Below are positions 26,952 to 39,038 of a DNA stretch of 64,000 nucleotides, piece after piece (within the stretch, counting starts at the first letter, position 1; every line of letters begins with the position of its first letter). This DNA comes from Utricularia gibba (lineage: Eukaryota; Plantae; Magnoliophyta): the NCBI GenBank assembly GCA_002189035.1, contig NEEC01000002.1, positions 2,294,001 to 2,358,000 of the forward strand. Reading direction: 5' to 3'. The position numbers and the translations under genes were made by a program. The notes beneath the pieces were generated by a model, which saw only the letters and a list, made by a program, of their open reading frames with translations, made no database searches and was not told the DNA's origin.

Positions 26952-27362
26952 CTACAGATGGAGAGACAGATCAAGACCATGGTCTCGATTCCCGTCCATC
27001 TCTACAGTCCCAGAGTCAAAGACGATCTCTTCTTTTGCTCCGTTGCCACCACATTTTCCGTGTTTCAGACACATCTCGTGCCAGCTACCGGCATAAAACG
27101 GCGCCGGCCCGGAGGAGCCTAACCACCCAAACATTCCCTGAGGTTGAGCTTGAAAGAAGAGACGATTAGCAGGAGATTGTAAATGTGGGTAGCCGGAGGG
27201 GGACTTGCTTCCCCTCATGCTGCAGCTGTGCTTTCTCGCAGCACTCCTCTCTTTCCTGTGTGCATTCTGATGCCCACCCAACGCTTGTGAGCTGCTAAAC
27301 CTTCTCCCGCAGTAGTGACAGTGGAATGATCTCTGCTTTGGCCTGCTGTGTTCTCCCTCCAT
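26952..27362 (-). CDS. Single C2H2 zinc-finger repressor with EAR motif (ZFP/LATE-like)
   Basis: FHCHYCGRRFSSSQALGGHQNAHRKER and C-terminal LDLSLHL*. Confidence 0.92.
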   Translation of the reverse strand: MEGEHSRPKQRSFHCHYCGRRFSSSQALGGHQNAHRKERSAARKHSCSMRGSKSPSGYPHLQSPANRLFFQAQPQGMFGWLGSSGPAPFYAGSWHEMCLKHGKCGGNGAKEEIVFDSGTVEMDGNRDHGLDLSLHL

Positions 27363-28794
27363 TACACCTGTAGGAACTGAGCTTGAGATTCATACACGGA
27401 GAGATTTGAGGGGAAAATGGGAGTACCCGGGAAGGGTGGTGGGAGCGAAGAGGAGAGTGCAGAAGCCATTGATTTAAGTAGAAGGAGACGACATGGAGGA
27501 GATAAGGTGCACGAGAAAGAGCTGTTGGATTGGTGTGAAACAGGGAAGGTAGGGTAAGTTAAACAAATTGACCGGGAACAAGAATCTCATCGCTATCTCA
27601 TCTAATCCTTCCCTTTTGTGGCAACGCTGGAGGAACCCTTTTACTTTGCAATCACATCAGAGACTTTTTGCTCCTTATCGAAAACCAGCACCGACCTCCG
27701 CCCTCTCATCTCTGTGCTGTGAAAAAAGCCAATAAATGGTTATGGGCGAAGGCAGTGAGTAGGCTCAAGAGACAGTAAATAAGAATGGCATCTGCGCAGT
27801 GAAAAAAACGCAATTCTGGGTTCTGGTAAAGAGGAGGTCGTTGATCTGGCGGTGCAAGTAGTTGCGTTGCTACTGTTGAAGAGAAAGGTATACAGTAGCA
27901 TCTGAGATTTTCGTCCAGAGAAGAAGAGGTGGTGAGTGAAAGTAGGATGCAGAAAGCTGCCAAGCACACTCGCCACACGAACTCAAGATAAGCAAATCAT
28001 GGTGGGGTTCCTTCCTTTTCGCACCATCGATCCATAACAAGACAACGCGGTCATAGGGCTACCGCGGGTTGCAGTGTTCTGCATCAGCGTTGACGCCATG
28101 TTAGTCACATCTAACTTTAACAGTTAAGTTGTTCCTTTTTGAAAAATAAAGATTTTTTATAAAATTTTGCAAAGTTATTATATTTCAATAATTTCCCTCC
28201 CTCATAAAAATTTATTGATGATAAATAAAGATGGTATGTATAGGGAATTAATTAATTCGATTTTACTAAAATGATGACTTCAAAAAATACCAAAAAATCA
28301 AAACAAAATAATGATTTTAAAAATTATATAAAAAAATGATTTTGAATCTAAGTTACACCTTGTCAAAAATCTATTATATGTGTGCATATAAATCTTGATT
28401 GCTGAACAGTTTGCAATAAGCTTAGAAAATATTATTTTAAAATAATATTACTTAATAACTGTTATACTATCATATCTCATTTAATAGGATTATCAAATTA
28501 AACATGTCACTAGAATCATTTCATTTATTGTAATAATTTATATTTTTATCAGAATCGATTCTAACTCTTACACATTACACTATCCCAAACAAACTAGGTT
28601 GAATGCGTCTTATTAATGATAATTAATTATGATTTAATAGTGGTTAAACCATTCATAATTCACGGTTTTTTTATAAAAAACGAACTATTTATCTAAAGGC
28701 AAAAACACGATTTATGAAATGAATTATGTATTATAAATTCGTTAAAATAATATTAATATAATACATTGTATGTTAAATAGATTAAAATGGATGG

Positions 28795-28830
28795 GTCGAG
28801 GGCCCACAGATGCGATGGGCTTGGCCCATT
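28795..28830. promoter_or_regulatory. TCP site II cluster upstream of LSm5
   Basis: gggcccacagatgcgatgggcttggcccatt. Confidence 0.55.
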
Positions 28831-28943
28831 ACAATTGAAAGCTTCACCGACATCTCGTGTGTCCCTGCCTGTCGCGAGTCTAGGGCGGAAGTCGAAAGAA
28901 ACGCCGAAGACCGGCCTGAACTTCTGATCTGAGTGAAATCAAC

Positions 28944-29521
28944 ATGTCGACCAATACATCCGAGCTTCTGCCTTCAGGTTCTTTTTTTTTTGTTGACGAT
29001 TTAATTTTTTTTTTTGGCGAATTCTTGATTCATGTAAGAGACAATTATCTGAAAAATCCAGAGTTGATCGATCGGTGTATTGGGTCGAAAGTGTGGGTCA
29101 TCATGAAAGGAGACAAAGAACTCGTGGGCACACTCAAGGGTTTCGATACCTTCGTGAACCTGGTGCTTGAAGATGTCACTGAATAGTCCGTACAGTTTGT
29201 AGTCTCTAGGTTCTTTTTGTGTTCATCGCTTTTAGGGTGGGTTGTTTTGTTGATTTTGCAGTGAAATTACTTCGGAAGGGCGACGCCTTACCAAGCTTGA
29301 TCAGATTCTACTCAATGGAAATAACATCGCAATTGTAAGTAGTACCTTTGGGAGTTCGCTGCTCCAAGAATATAATATTTATGATGTGGTTGTGTTGGGA
29401 TTCTTCTTGACTTTGTAATGAGGAATGAGCTGCTGTGGTAATCATGGATTTACAGTTCTTCTAATGTTACAGTGTTTGTCTGATGCAGCTTGTGCCTGGA
29501 GGTTCGCCGGATCCTGAATGA
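28944..29521 (+). CDS. LSM5: Sm-like protein LSm5 (SAD1), 4 exons
   Basis: Exons 28944-28977, 29062-29185, 29262-29334, 29489-29521 give [87 protein letters not shown]. Confidence 0.96.
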
Positions 29522-30196
29522 TGGTAAGATGGATTATGCACGAGCCTGCTTGCCAAGAAGGCTAGTTTGTATAGCCTTCAATCCCCATGATTTTCTGTTT
29601 CAGGAAGACTGCGATGTGCTTCTACTGTAAAATACTTTTCTGTGACGAACGTAGGTCATCGGAGGATGGATATTCGTTGTTTCTTGTGTTGTCCATTTTC
29701 AAATCTGGATCGACAAACCTAACTCATACTTCTCCAGGCTTCAACCTGGAGTCGATTTATCCCATATCCGGATCTGAACAAACTTTGTCGGCAATGAAGC
29801 TCGAATCTTGCTAAAGCCATCACCTTTTATCCGTTGCACACTTTATGGGATTGTTGAGATATCTTCAGTTGACAAGCACGGTCTAATTTGAACATGGGAA
29901 TCATTGATGGGAATGTTTTTACCCTAGCCTTTTCCTTTCTGTGAAAGTTTCAAAGACTGAAGTTATTTACAATGATGAAAATGGTCCTTCGATCCACTGT
30001 GACATCCTTTTTCGCAATGAAACAAAAACCTAGCTGACATTGGGTTGGCAGGATGAAAGATGGCAGTGTCAAGCAGAAATGCAAGACCTTTTTGCAGGCT
30101 TGCACTCAGTCAATTGAATGATAAAGTTGGATTATGCTAAACCACGGAGTGGAACAGCCTGTTTGAGAGTAACTTCTCGTGAATTTTTACCTTCAG

Positions 30197-31492
30197 ATTT
30201 TCACTGTGGCTCACCTAATGATGATGAAGCATCTAGACCACACCTTTCTTCGACCTGTCTTTCCATTCAAGGACCACATGAGTTTGTCTGTTCCTGCACA
30301 GCATAGGGATGTGCCGACTGCCGACAATGCGTATGCTCCGAGTTAAATTGTAATAAAGGGATTCTTGTGACTCTGACTAGGATTCTTCTTTTAGTGATTT
30401 GAGTAGGACGTGAAACAGTACATTGCATTCATATGCAGGCTTCATCATTCCAGCATGATGTATAAAGATGGGACGAAGCTAACGGTATAAGAAGCCAAAC
30501 TCTGAGCTCTACAATTATACTCTGTTCTGTTGTCTCATCCGTCTATTTTGGATTTCAGACATTTCATACGAGCCTTTGTATTCTTCATGCAGGTGAGGCA
30601 TGTTGTATCTGCTTACCAGTGTTGTCATGCTTGATGTGGAAATTAAAGCTCTGATTTTCTTACAGGACATCCGACCAAGGAGACTGGTAGAGCCTTCAAG
30701 CAGGATGCATTTTCGAGGTGACAATCCTCTTCTTCTCTGTTACTTCAAACGATTCGTGCTGGTATCGATCTTTCTAAGTCATTGGATCCAACCCCAGATG
30801 ATAAAACCAGGCCAAGGAAGAAGCTTAGAGCGGTGGAGGAAACCGACCTGCACTGCTCCAGCATGAACCTTCTATGCTTCCTGCGAGGAAGAGACTCCAA
30901 TGCCTCTTTCAGCAGCGTCCCCAGCTCCAAGAAAATGAAGAAAGGAAACAACCCTGATTCGGTTCCTCATGTCCGACACAAAGTTCTCCCCATCACCGAT
31001 GCAGCTCACCCAACAAACTTCAACACTCACTACCTCGAACAATCCAAGGGGAGCAACCGAATGAATCCGATCTCGAGGATGAAAGAGCTGATGAGCATGA
31101 CAACAGCAACAAGGGGAGAAAGGCATCACACCAAAAGGGTAAATACATAGAATGCATTTCCATTTGGTTATGTGCTGCAGGCACCTGATGAGGAAACCAC
31201 TTAAAGCACAGGTGTTACAGTCCAAGCCACGGAAAGAAGAGTCTCCCAAGATCAGCATGAGATGGGACAGGGACGCCTACTCCAACTTCTCTGCAATATC
31301 TAATGAACTGGGATTCAACTCCAGGGATCAACTTGTTGATCGGGATGGAAACTGGATCACAACCGATTCCGAATGTAAGCAATCCCCTTTCGATCAGTCT
31401 CTCCCATAACATGAACGTGCCCCATGCTGGAAAACTGAGAAGATTTGCTTCATGTTATACCAGATGTTGTGCTCGAGCTGTCTGAAGTGTGA
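30197..31492 (+). pseudogene. LAZY/IGT-family gene with C-terminal CCL motif; upstream frames disrupted
   Basis: Splicing out 31375-31463 gives DGNWITTDSEYVVLELSEV*, matching the LAZY CCL (WIKTDxxYxVLEL). HLMRKPLK resembles region IV. The exon at 30197 starts IFTVAH, a possible eroded region I. No IGT motif is visible, and there are in-frame stops at 30719 and 31140. Confidence 0.6.
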
Positions 31493-32676
31493 AGGGGTTA
31501 TACAACTGGGCAGCGTTGGAAAGGAAGATAGAAGCCGCTAGCATTCTTCATTTCAATCTTTTTACTTTATTGTATTCTACCAAAATTTAGGAAATGTTTT
31601 AAATGTTCAAATATTAGTTATTATTTTTTAAATCATTAATTTTATTATTATTCTCACCCTTGTACCTTTATTGAAAATGAGAATGAAAATATTATAAAAC
31701 CATATTTCAGAATGGATAATGAATTTTAAATAACCGCCGGAAAATTAGAATGATAATTGCGGTTTTGTCATAAATTAATTATTATTTAAAAGTGGAAAAT
31801 CGTTTTCCTATCTTCGATTATACAGTTGGAAAGTGTACGAAGCGGTCGCATCTTAGATTGATTTACCATTGAATCACGAAAGGGAGACGTGGCAAAAGTT
31901 ACTCTACTCATATGGTTTGCACAAGTATACCTCCTAGAAATAGTCACACTCCATGGCATGCAACTATTGGGTAATGGAAATATAAGGTTTCAATCTCCGA
32001 GGGCATTTTAGGAAACACTAGGACCCAAGTTGTTATTAAGTTCAACAATGTTCTAAGATGGGTAGATAATCGGAGGAAATAAGTCTATTTAAATATTCAA
32101 ATATTCATGTGTTGATAGTTTAATAATATATAAATATTTTTTATAAAACTATTGTAAAAGGTACTCTAAATTAGATATTTCAAAACTCAAATTTTTAATT
32201 TATTTTTTTTAATTATTTATTTTAAACATAGATAATATTACTTTAAAAATATATATATATATTATGTATCAAATAAATTTTACTTGTAATCATATAATAT
32301 ATTACTTATCTAAATATAAATAAATTATTAATTATAATAGACTACAAAATGCATCATTATTCAGACCTTGTAACCTAGAAAAAGTCAATTGTGATTTTAT
32401 TATGATTAAAATATAATTTTATTTTTTGTAAATAAAATATTTTTAAAAAAGAATAATTTAAATTGTAACTGGGCACAATAGTCCTTGCTTCTCGTCTTCT
32501 TACCACCTAGTGTGGGACCTCGGACCCGAATGCTGTAGGAAGATTAGGTACGAACGGGTCGGACCCGGTGTTTGAACCAAATCGGATCGGATTGCGTCAA
32601 CTGGAAAACACGAAAAATACAGGCCACGATTGCTTATGTATGATGAAGCAAAATTTTGAGGGGTTGGCTCGCTTGT

Positions 32677-35289
32677 CTAGTCCAGATCAACCCCAGATGG
32701 CAACTCGAACCGGTTGTTGCTACTGTGGTTGTCCCCTTGGGCAGCATTCTCGTTATCATCTTCTGCAGCGCCCATTGCGGCGTCCCCCGGAGGAACGTAG
32801 TCGGTGTTGAAGTCGTAGTCACCGTCCACGGCCGATCGGCTTTCCTTTTTGAGCCTCTTCTTGTCTGCTTTTCGCTGCTTGGGGTTCAGCATCCCTTGCT
32901 CTGAGTACAGTTTCTCATTCTGCTTTCTGTTGCCGGTGCCTTCCCTTCTTGCTGCGGCCTCTGTACCACATTCCATTGAATCATCCTCCTCGCGTTCGGG
33001 GATGCTTGTGGCTGCGGTGGCGGCTCGTCGTTCTGCAGTTGTGATGCACACAATGGAAAGTATGAGAATGATAAGAATGGCGGGGGGAATGCAACTGGGG
33101 TTGCTTGAAGAGTTATGAAGCCGAACCTCGAGAGCCATTAAGTCAAATTTCAGTGGGGAATTTGATGGTACTTCCACAGGGTTGAAATCGATCATGGATT
33201 TCAAACTGCCGATGAAGGTGGTTTCGCTGCCGTACACTTCGTCCACATTGAATTCCTTCCCAAATTCAGAAACAATGCGGGCCTCGGAGGGAATGGAGGT
33301 CTCCCTGGTTGGAGGCATCGTGTAATATGGAATTTTCCCTGCAGGGAAAGTTAGAGCCAACCAAACTTAAGTTTACACTTCTTCGATCCTATGAAAATGG
33401 CTTTTGGGTCGCAAGAGCCTACCCACATACAGTTCTAGATGTTGCAGGAAACTGCACAGAACATATGTGGACAACAGTATATGGCACAAGGAGGGAATGT
33501 GGGTGAAAGTTACCTGCATTCCATTCGTGCAAAACCATCCGGGCGGCAGCATCGACATCTACAACACCACCCTTTTTCAACCTTCCCCTGATGGTAGCAA
33601 CCTTATGGAGGAAGTCGTCGACAGAGTCGAAACTTGGGATCTTGTATAGTGGCACCAGTACTCGCTCGGGGCAAAGTTTGAGAATTTCTTTCACTGCACG
33701 GTTAGTGGTCAAGGTGAATAAGATGAAAACTCTATTGGATATTTTAATTCGAGTTTATGGAAGGAAACACACCAGAAGCCACAGGATCCTCTAATTTTTC
33801 AACTCTTTTGCAATTACGCAGAGCAATGATGGAGTCGCTGTCTGATGATTTAAGCATGACAACACCTGGGGAGTCCAACAGCGTGACGTTTTTATCCAGT
33901 TGAATCTCTTGCATAGACCTGGTTAGCCCGGGAGTTGCACCAACATTGGCAACATGGGATCTTTTCAAACTATTGATTATGCTACTCTTCCCAACATTTG
34001 GCAGACCAATGACACCAACAGTAATTGATCTCTTGATCTGCAAGGCTTCACAAGCTTAGGCGTGGCATGCAGATAAAATATTATGCTTCTTTTCAGGAAG
34101 TGATTAGCAGTCACACATTCAAAATCCCATGAAATACCTCGTGACTTCTGGAATAGTTTTTCAGCAACTTGATCAGCGTTTCAGCACCCAGACAGTCACT
34201 CGTCTGCAAAAGATTGTTAGCCTTGCCAGCTTTCGCGGTTACTTTACCAGATTTCCATCCCAGGTTATGCTTCTGTTCCTGGGTGCTAGATTTAAAAGCA
34301 ATTGTTGGTAGTTCTTCCCTAAGGTACTTCAGCCACTTCTCAACAGATTCACGAGGGACAAGATCTGAAATCATATAACCAAAGAATGAATATAGGGATA
34401 CAGTCCATCTTCTTTCAAAATAATCATTCGTACCTATTTTATTAAGAAGCAAAACAAGACGTTTATCATAACCAGACTTCAACACCATTTCTTCCATGTC
34501 AACCGATCGTGTTCCAAGGGGATCTCGAGCGTCAAGCACTTCGATTATGACATCAGAAGCATCAATTACTTTGACTAGCTCTTTGTAGAAAGCCCTCTCA
34601 GAGTGGTCTGAAAAATATGCATGAACCTCTGAAGTGAAACTCAATCATAGATAAATATGGACGGCTTTGTACAGAAAATGGAGAGTACCATTATGTTTCA
34701 CAGTCCGAGTGGAATCATCAGCTACCATTGCGTCTCCTTGATCATTCTCTTCTTCTCCTTCTTCCATTTCCTCATTTTTCCCGAGTCCAAGTTTCCTCTT
34801 TTTGGCCTGAAAGGGTGAAATACAGGATTCTGGGATTGAGATTTCCTAATTCACGATGGAGATACTCAACCCGGATTCAAATTGTCTGCAGATGGGAGAA
34901 AAATAAAATTGGAACCACATAGGAAGACTTACCCTCTCTTTGCGTGCTGCTTTCTTCTCTTCGAGCTCCTGGACAGCACGTTGGCGGCGATCCTCGAGGG
35001 CTTTGAGCTCCTGTTCCTTAAACGGCCAGTCATTTGGAATACCAGGATCCTTCTCCACCTTCGACTTCTTGTTGAAGCCCAATTTCTTGGCTTCCTTCGC
35101 CTTCTTCTTGTGGTGCTCCTTAACCTTTCTTATAATCTTGTACTTCTTCCGCAGAGGCACCCTCTTGCTCTTACTCTCTGCAAATTAAGTTTCCCACAAC
35201 AGACTACAATCAGAAAATGCATATATCACAAAATTTGCACATTAATCACCGAGGCATCGCTAAACAGTACTTTTGCTACGTTTCACCAT
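32677..35289 (-). CDS. NSN1: Nucleostemin-like circularly permuted GTPase (GNL3/Nug1)
   Basis: [90 protein letters not shown] and an acidic tail. Confidence 0.96.
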
Positions 35290-35459
35290 GCTTATAACTC
35301 CACGATTAGAAACCAAACCGGTTTGAAAGAAAAAATTGTCCGCAGCCCTAGGCTTCCGTTAAGCACGGAGTTGACGGTACCCCGACGGAGAGATTCAGAG
35401 CGGCGGCGGAGACATTTTGTACATGATATGAGATCACGGGCTACGAGAACTCCATTTAC

Positions 35460-35670
35460 CCTAAGCCCAGTTTGTTATTTTTCAAGGCCCAAATCAAGTA
35501 CACGATAACTTATTGGGCCATTATATTTATTATGGGCCTTATAAATGGGCTTTTAAATAGGCCAGGCTTTTTATCTGACTGCATTATTCGTTAGCCCATC
35601 AAATTCACTCTTTGACAAAAACGAGGCTATTTTTGTCATTACACATGCTTCCTGGTAAATGGGCCCTGAA
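35460..35670. promoter_or_regulatory. Bidirectional promoter between NSN1 and LUH with about 7 site II motifs
   Basis: agccca, ggccca, tgggcc, tgggct and tgggccc are repeated between the two divergent genes. Confidence 0.6.
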
Positions 35671-36332
35671 ATGAAATCACGGTATCCGTGTACGGACGTT
35701 AACTGCAACTTCCTCCGTGTCTCGAGATCGGACCACATTTCTTTCGTCACCGATCATTCTGTAGATCTCCGTGGTGGCGCTTTCTTTCACAAAGTTGGAA
35801 GAGTTCTCAGCTTTCTTTTTTTTTCAAAGTTGTGATTCGCTGATTGACCGGAAAACGTCGGTGGGACTTGTTATTCAAGGTCGAGAGGTTTTGCAGTTCA
35901 TTTGGTTTTTTGATTAAGCCAATTTTTGAGTTTTTCGGTGTGAATGTGAATAAGGGCGAGGTGATAATCGTTTACCCTGAAAAGAAGGTTTGGTTTCGAT
36001 TCTACTAGGTGCTTTTTCGAGTTCTCGGTTTTTTGGAAGAAGACATGTGATCTGATTCGCCGAATTAAGTGAGCATTGTCTGCTTGCTGGTTCATGGTTT
36101 TGAGTTGAATCCCGGGTTCATAAGCTTGGATCTGTAGTACGATCATTGAAGGGAGTCTGATCTGTGCAGCCGGTCAGTCGATGTGCACCTTTGGGAAGTT
36201 TGCTTTATCATTCATTAAAAATTGTGATATAATAGTTGATCCATTGATGCGCTGTTGGGACATTTTTTTCATGGACAGAGAACACCTTGAGAAAAGTAGG
36301 AGTATTTGACTTCGTTTCTTGGTGTGGCATTC

Positions 36333-39038
36333 ATGGCGCAGAGTAATTGGGAAGCCGATAAGATGTATAGATCTTGAACTTTTATTTCGCTTAGATCTAA
36401 ATAATTCATTTCATTATGAATTTAATGCATGATGCTGCAAATTGACACTTGTTGCAGACTATTGACTTTTCATTTTCACCTTTCCTGACCAATGTGACGC
36501 ATGTGTGTATTTACTCTAGTGTTATACACGCTGATTAAGGGTATTTATATTTCTCTATAGGCTTGATGTCTACATTCATGATTATCTGTTGAAGAGAAAG
36601 TTGCATAATTCTGCCAAAGCATTCATGACAGAAGGAAAAGTGGCATCTGATCCTGTAGGTAAGCAATGTTTCTGTGAAGCAGCTCTTCTGCGACATTGTT
36701 TTTGAAAATAACCGTTATCTGTTTTCTGAGTACTTGAATCTGAACTATGTTGTAGCTATTGATGCACCTGGAGGGTTTCTTTTTGAATGGTGGTCTGTGT
36801 TTTGGGATATTTTCATTGCAAGAACGAATGAGAAGCATTCTGAGGCAGCTGCAGCATATATAGAGGTTCGGAAAAATTTTTATAAATGCCTTTGTTTTTC
36901 ATTTGATTAAATGCCATGTGATTTACACACATATACAATTAATTTTAGACACAGCATCTAAAAGCAAAAGAACAGCAGCTGCAACTACACCAGTTTCAGC
37001 TTATGCAGCAGCACAATTTACAGCGAAGGGATCCTAGCCATTCTCCACTGGGCCCCTTGTCCTCTGATGGAATTGTTGGGCAACAATCTGCAAGTTTGTT
37101 AGCAATGAAAATGTATGAAGAACGGATGAAACACCCAAATTCCATGGATTTGGAGGCATCTCTGGGTCTGATTGATCCTAATAGGATGGCACTTCTGAAG
37201 GCGCCATCGAATCAACAAGGGTCAGTTTTCTGATAAAACAACTGACCATCTTTGAAGGGTTAATGAGTCCTTTTCTTCGGTAATGTCTTTGATTCAGACA
37301 AATGATGCAAGGAAACACTGGGAGCATGTCTGCTGCTTTGCAGCAAATGCAAGGGCGCCCTCAGCTTGCCAATGTAATTTATGTTTGATTGTTTCTCTCT
37401 GCTTTCATTTTCTCTTTATTTTGGTTGCAGTGAGACCCAGTGTATACATATTTTCTGTAGGACATCAAACCAGAGGTCAACTTTGGTGGCACACAGAAAA
37501 CGCTGCCTGTGGACCCATCATCTATGTACGGGCAAGCAATTCTTCAATCAAAATCTGGACTTGGCAATGCAGGTCTGCTAGATGTTCGTAGCCCTTTTTT
37601 TCTCTGTAATTGTTGTCAATAAGATGGTTGCGGAAAATAACTTGTCATTCATCTGCTGTTCACTTTCACCCTGTTACTTTTTTAATGTATAATGGAGCGT
37701 TATACTCATTCCAGGGTTAAACCAGGGTGTAAGTGGTCTCCCCTGAAGGGTTGGCCACTGACAGTGAGTTCCTGATCTCCTTGTTTGTCACATTTCCTGC
37801 CTTTTCATGCCAAAAGAAGCACTAACAAAATCTTGTAATGATTTGGCAGGGAATTGACCAACTAAGACCAAATTTGGGTTTACAAATGCAGAACCCCGCA
37901 ATGCAGTCTCAGAATCAGTTTCTTTTGGCATCACAACAGCAACAGGCTCTGACGCAAGCTCAGTCACAGGGGAACATGGGAAACTCTAGTAACTATGGAT
38001 TGGAAGGATTGCAAAGAGGAAACTTCAGCGCAAAAGATGGTCAGCCATCTAGAAATGATGGCTCTATTTGCTCTCCAGCTCAGTCGAATTCACCAAAGGT
38101 TGTGACATTTGTAGATGTTTTTAGTGCTGTAGATGTTGTCTTGTTTTTTTTTCCTGAAAGCTGTTCTATAGCGTAAATTCTTATTATCCATTTTTAAATA
38201 GTGAAGATCTGTTAATGATTAGGATCTTCCTGCATTATGACACGAATGATATTATTTAAAATTGTTACCGAAGGTTTGACTTTGGTAGTATGTTTCTTCT
38301 CTTGTTTTCGCTTCTCCAAGAAAAGTGCTTCAGTTACATATTTGAAACTGTAGAAGTTTGCTTCTTAAGAGTTTTATTTTAACTTAGTTCAAATCATGAA
38401 AGCAGATGAAAATGACACAGATGCAGCAGCCAGCGCCTTCTCGCCAGGAGCAGTTGCAGCAACAACAGCAGATGCAGCAAGTAAGCTGAAATCACAACTC
38501 TCGACCCGTTTATTGATTAATGCCCAAGGGATTGCTAGCCTTCCTGTTTCAAAATGACTTCATTTCAACTCTTGGCTCATACATCTTTTGTTGTTTGTCT
38601 TGAAACAGAATAACAGGAAAAGGAAACAACATTCTTCGTCTGGACCAGCAGATAGTACAGGTACAGGAAATACCACCGGCCCTTCACCCAGCTCACCACA
38701 ATCTTCACACACCCCTGGAGATGGGATGACTACGGCTAGCAGCCTGCAGCATGTGAACATGGTGTCGAAGAATATGATGACATATGGCACTGATGGAGCT
38801 GGTGCATTTGCATCATCCACCAATCAGCTGGTAACCCTCTATTCTAGCTAATGAGAAGCTTGAGGATCAACCACACCCTAATTGATTATGCTCTTCATGT
38901 AGGATGATTTTGAGAACTTCGGAGACATTGGATCTCTGGATGACAACGTGGAGTCCTTGTTGTCGTCTGATGGGGATGCTAATTTATATGGCTCCTTGAA
39001 ACAACCTCTCACGGATCATAAGATGCAGACTTCCAGAG
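36333..39038 (+). CDS. LUH: LEUNIG_HOMOLOG-like corepressor: LUFS and Q-rich region only; WD40 half not found
   Basis: [57 protein letters not shown] (one C missing at 37740-37743), [12 protein letters not shown] and [14 protein letters not shown]. Recognisable homology ends at the donor at 39039. Confidence 0.85.

Noticed and set aside
27706-28000. Short ORFs upstream of the C2H2 gene
   Set aside because: No domain, no consistent frame or splice structure; left unassigned.
29186-29191. Unusual LSm5 donor GTCCGT, considered as a U12 intron
   Set aside because: It lacks the U12 consensus GTATCCTT and is simply a weak U2 donor retaining +5G/+6T.
29972-30037. Possible C/D snoRNA (ATGATGA ... 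CTGA)
   Set aside because: No convincing terminal stem or recognisable rRNA antisense element; these boxes occur often by chance.
36140-36160. attgaagggagtctga resembling miR159/319
   Set aside because: Partial match only, no star arm visible, and it lies in the LUH leader intron.
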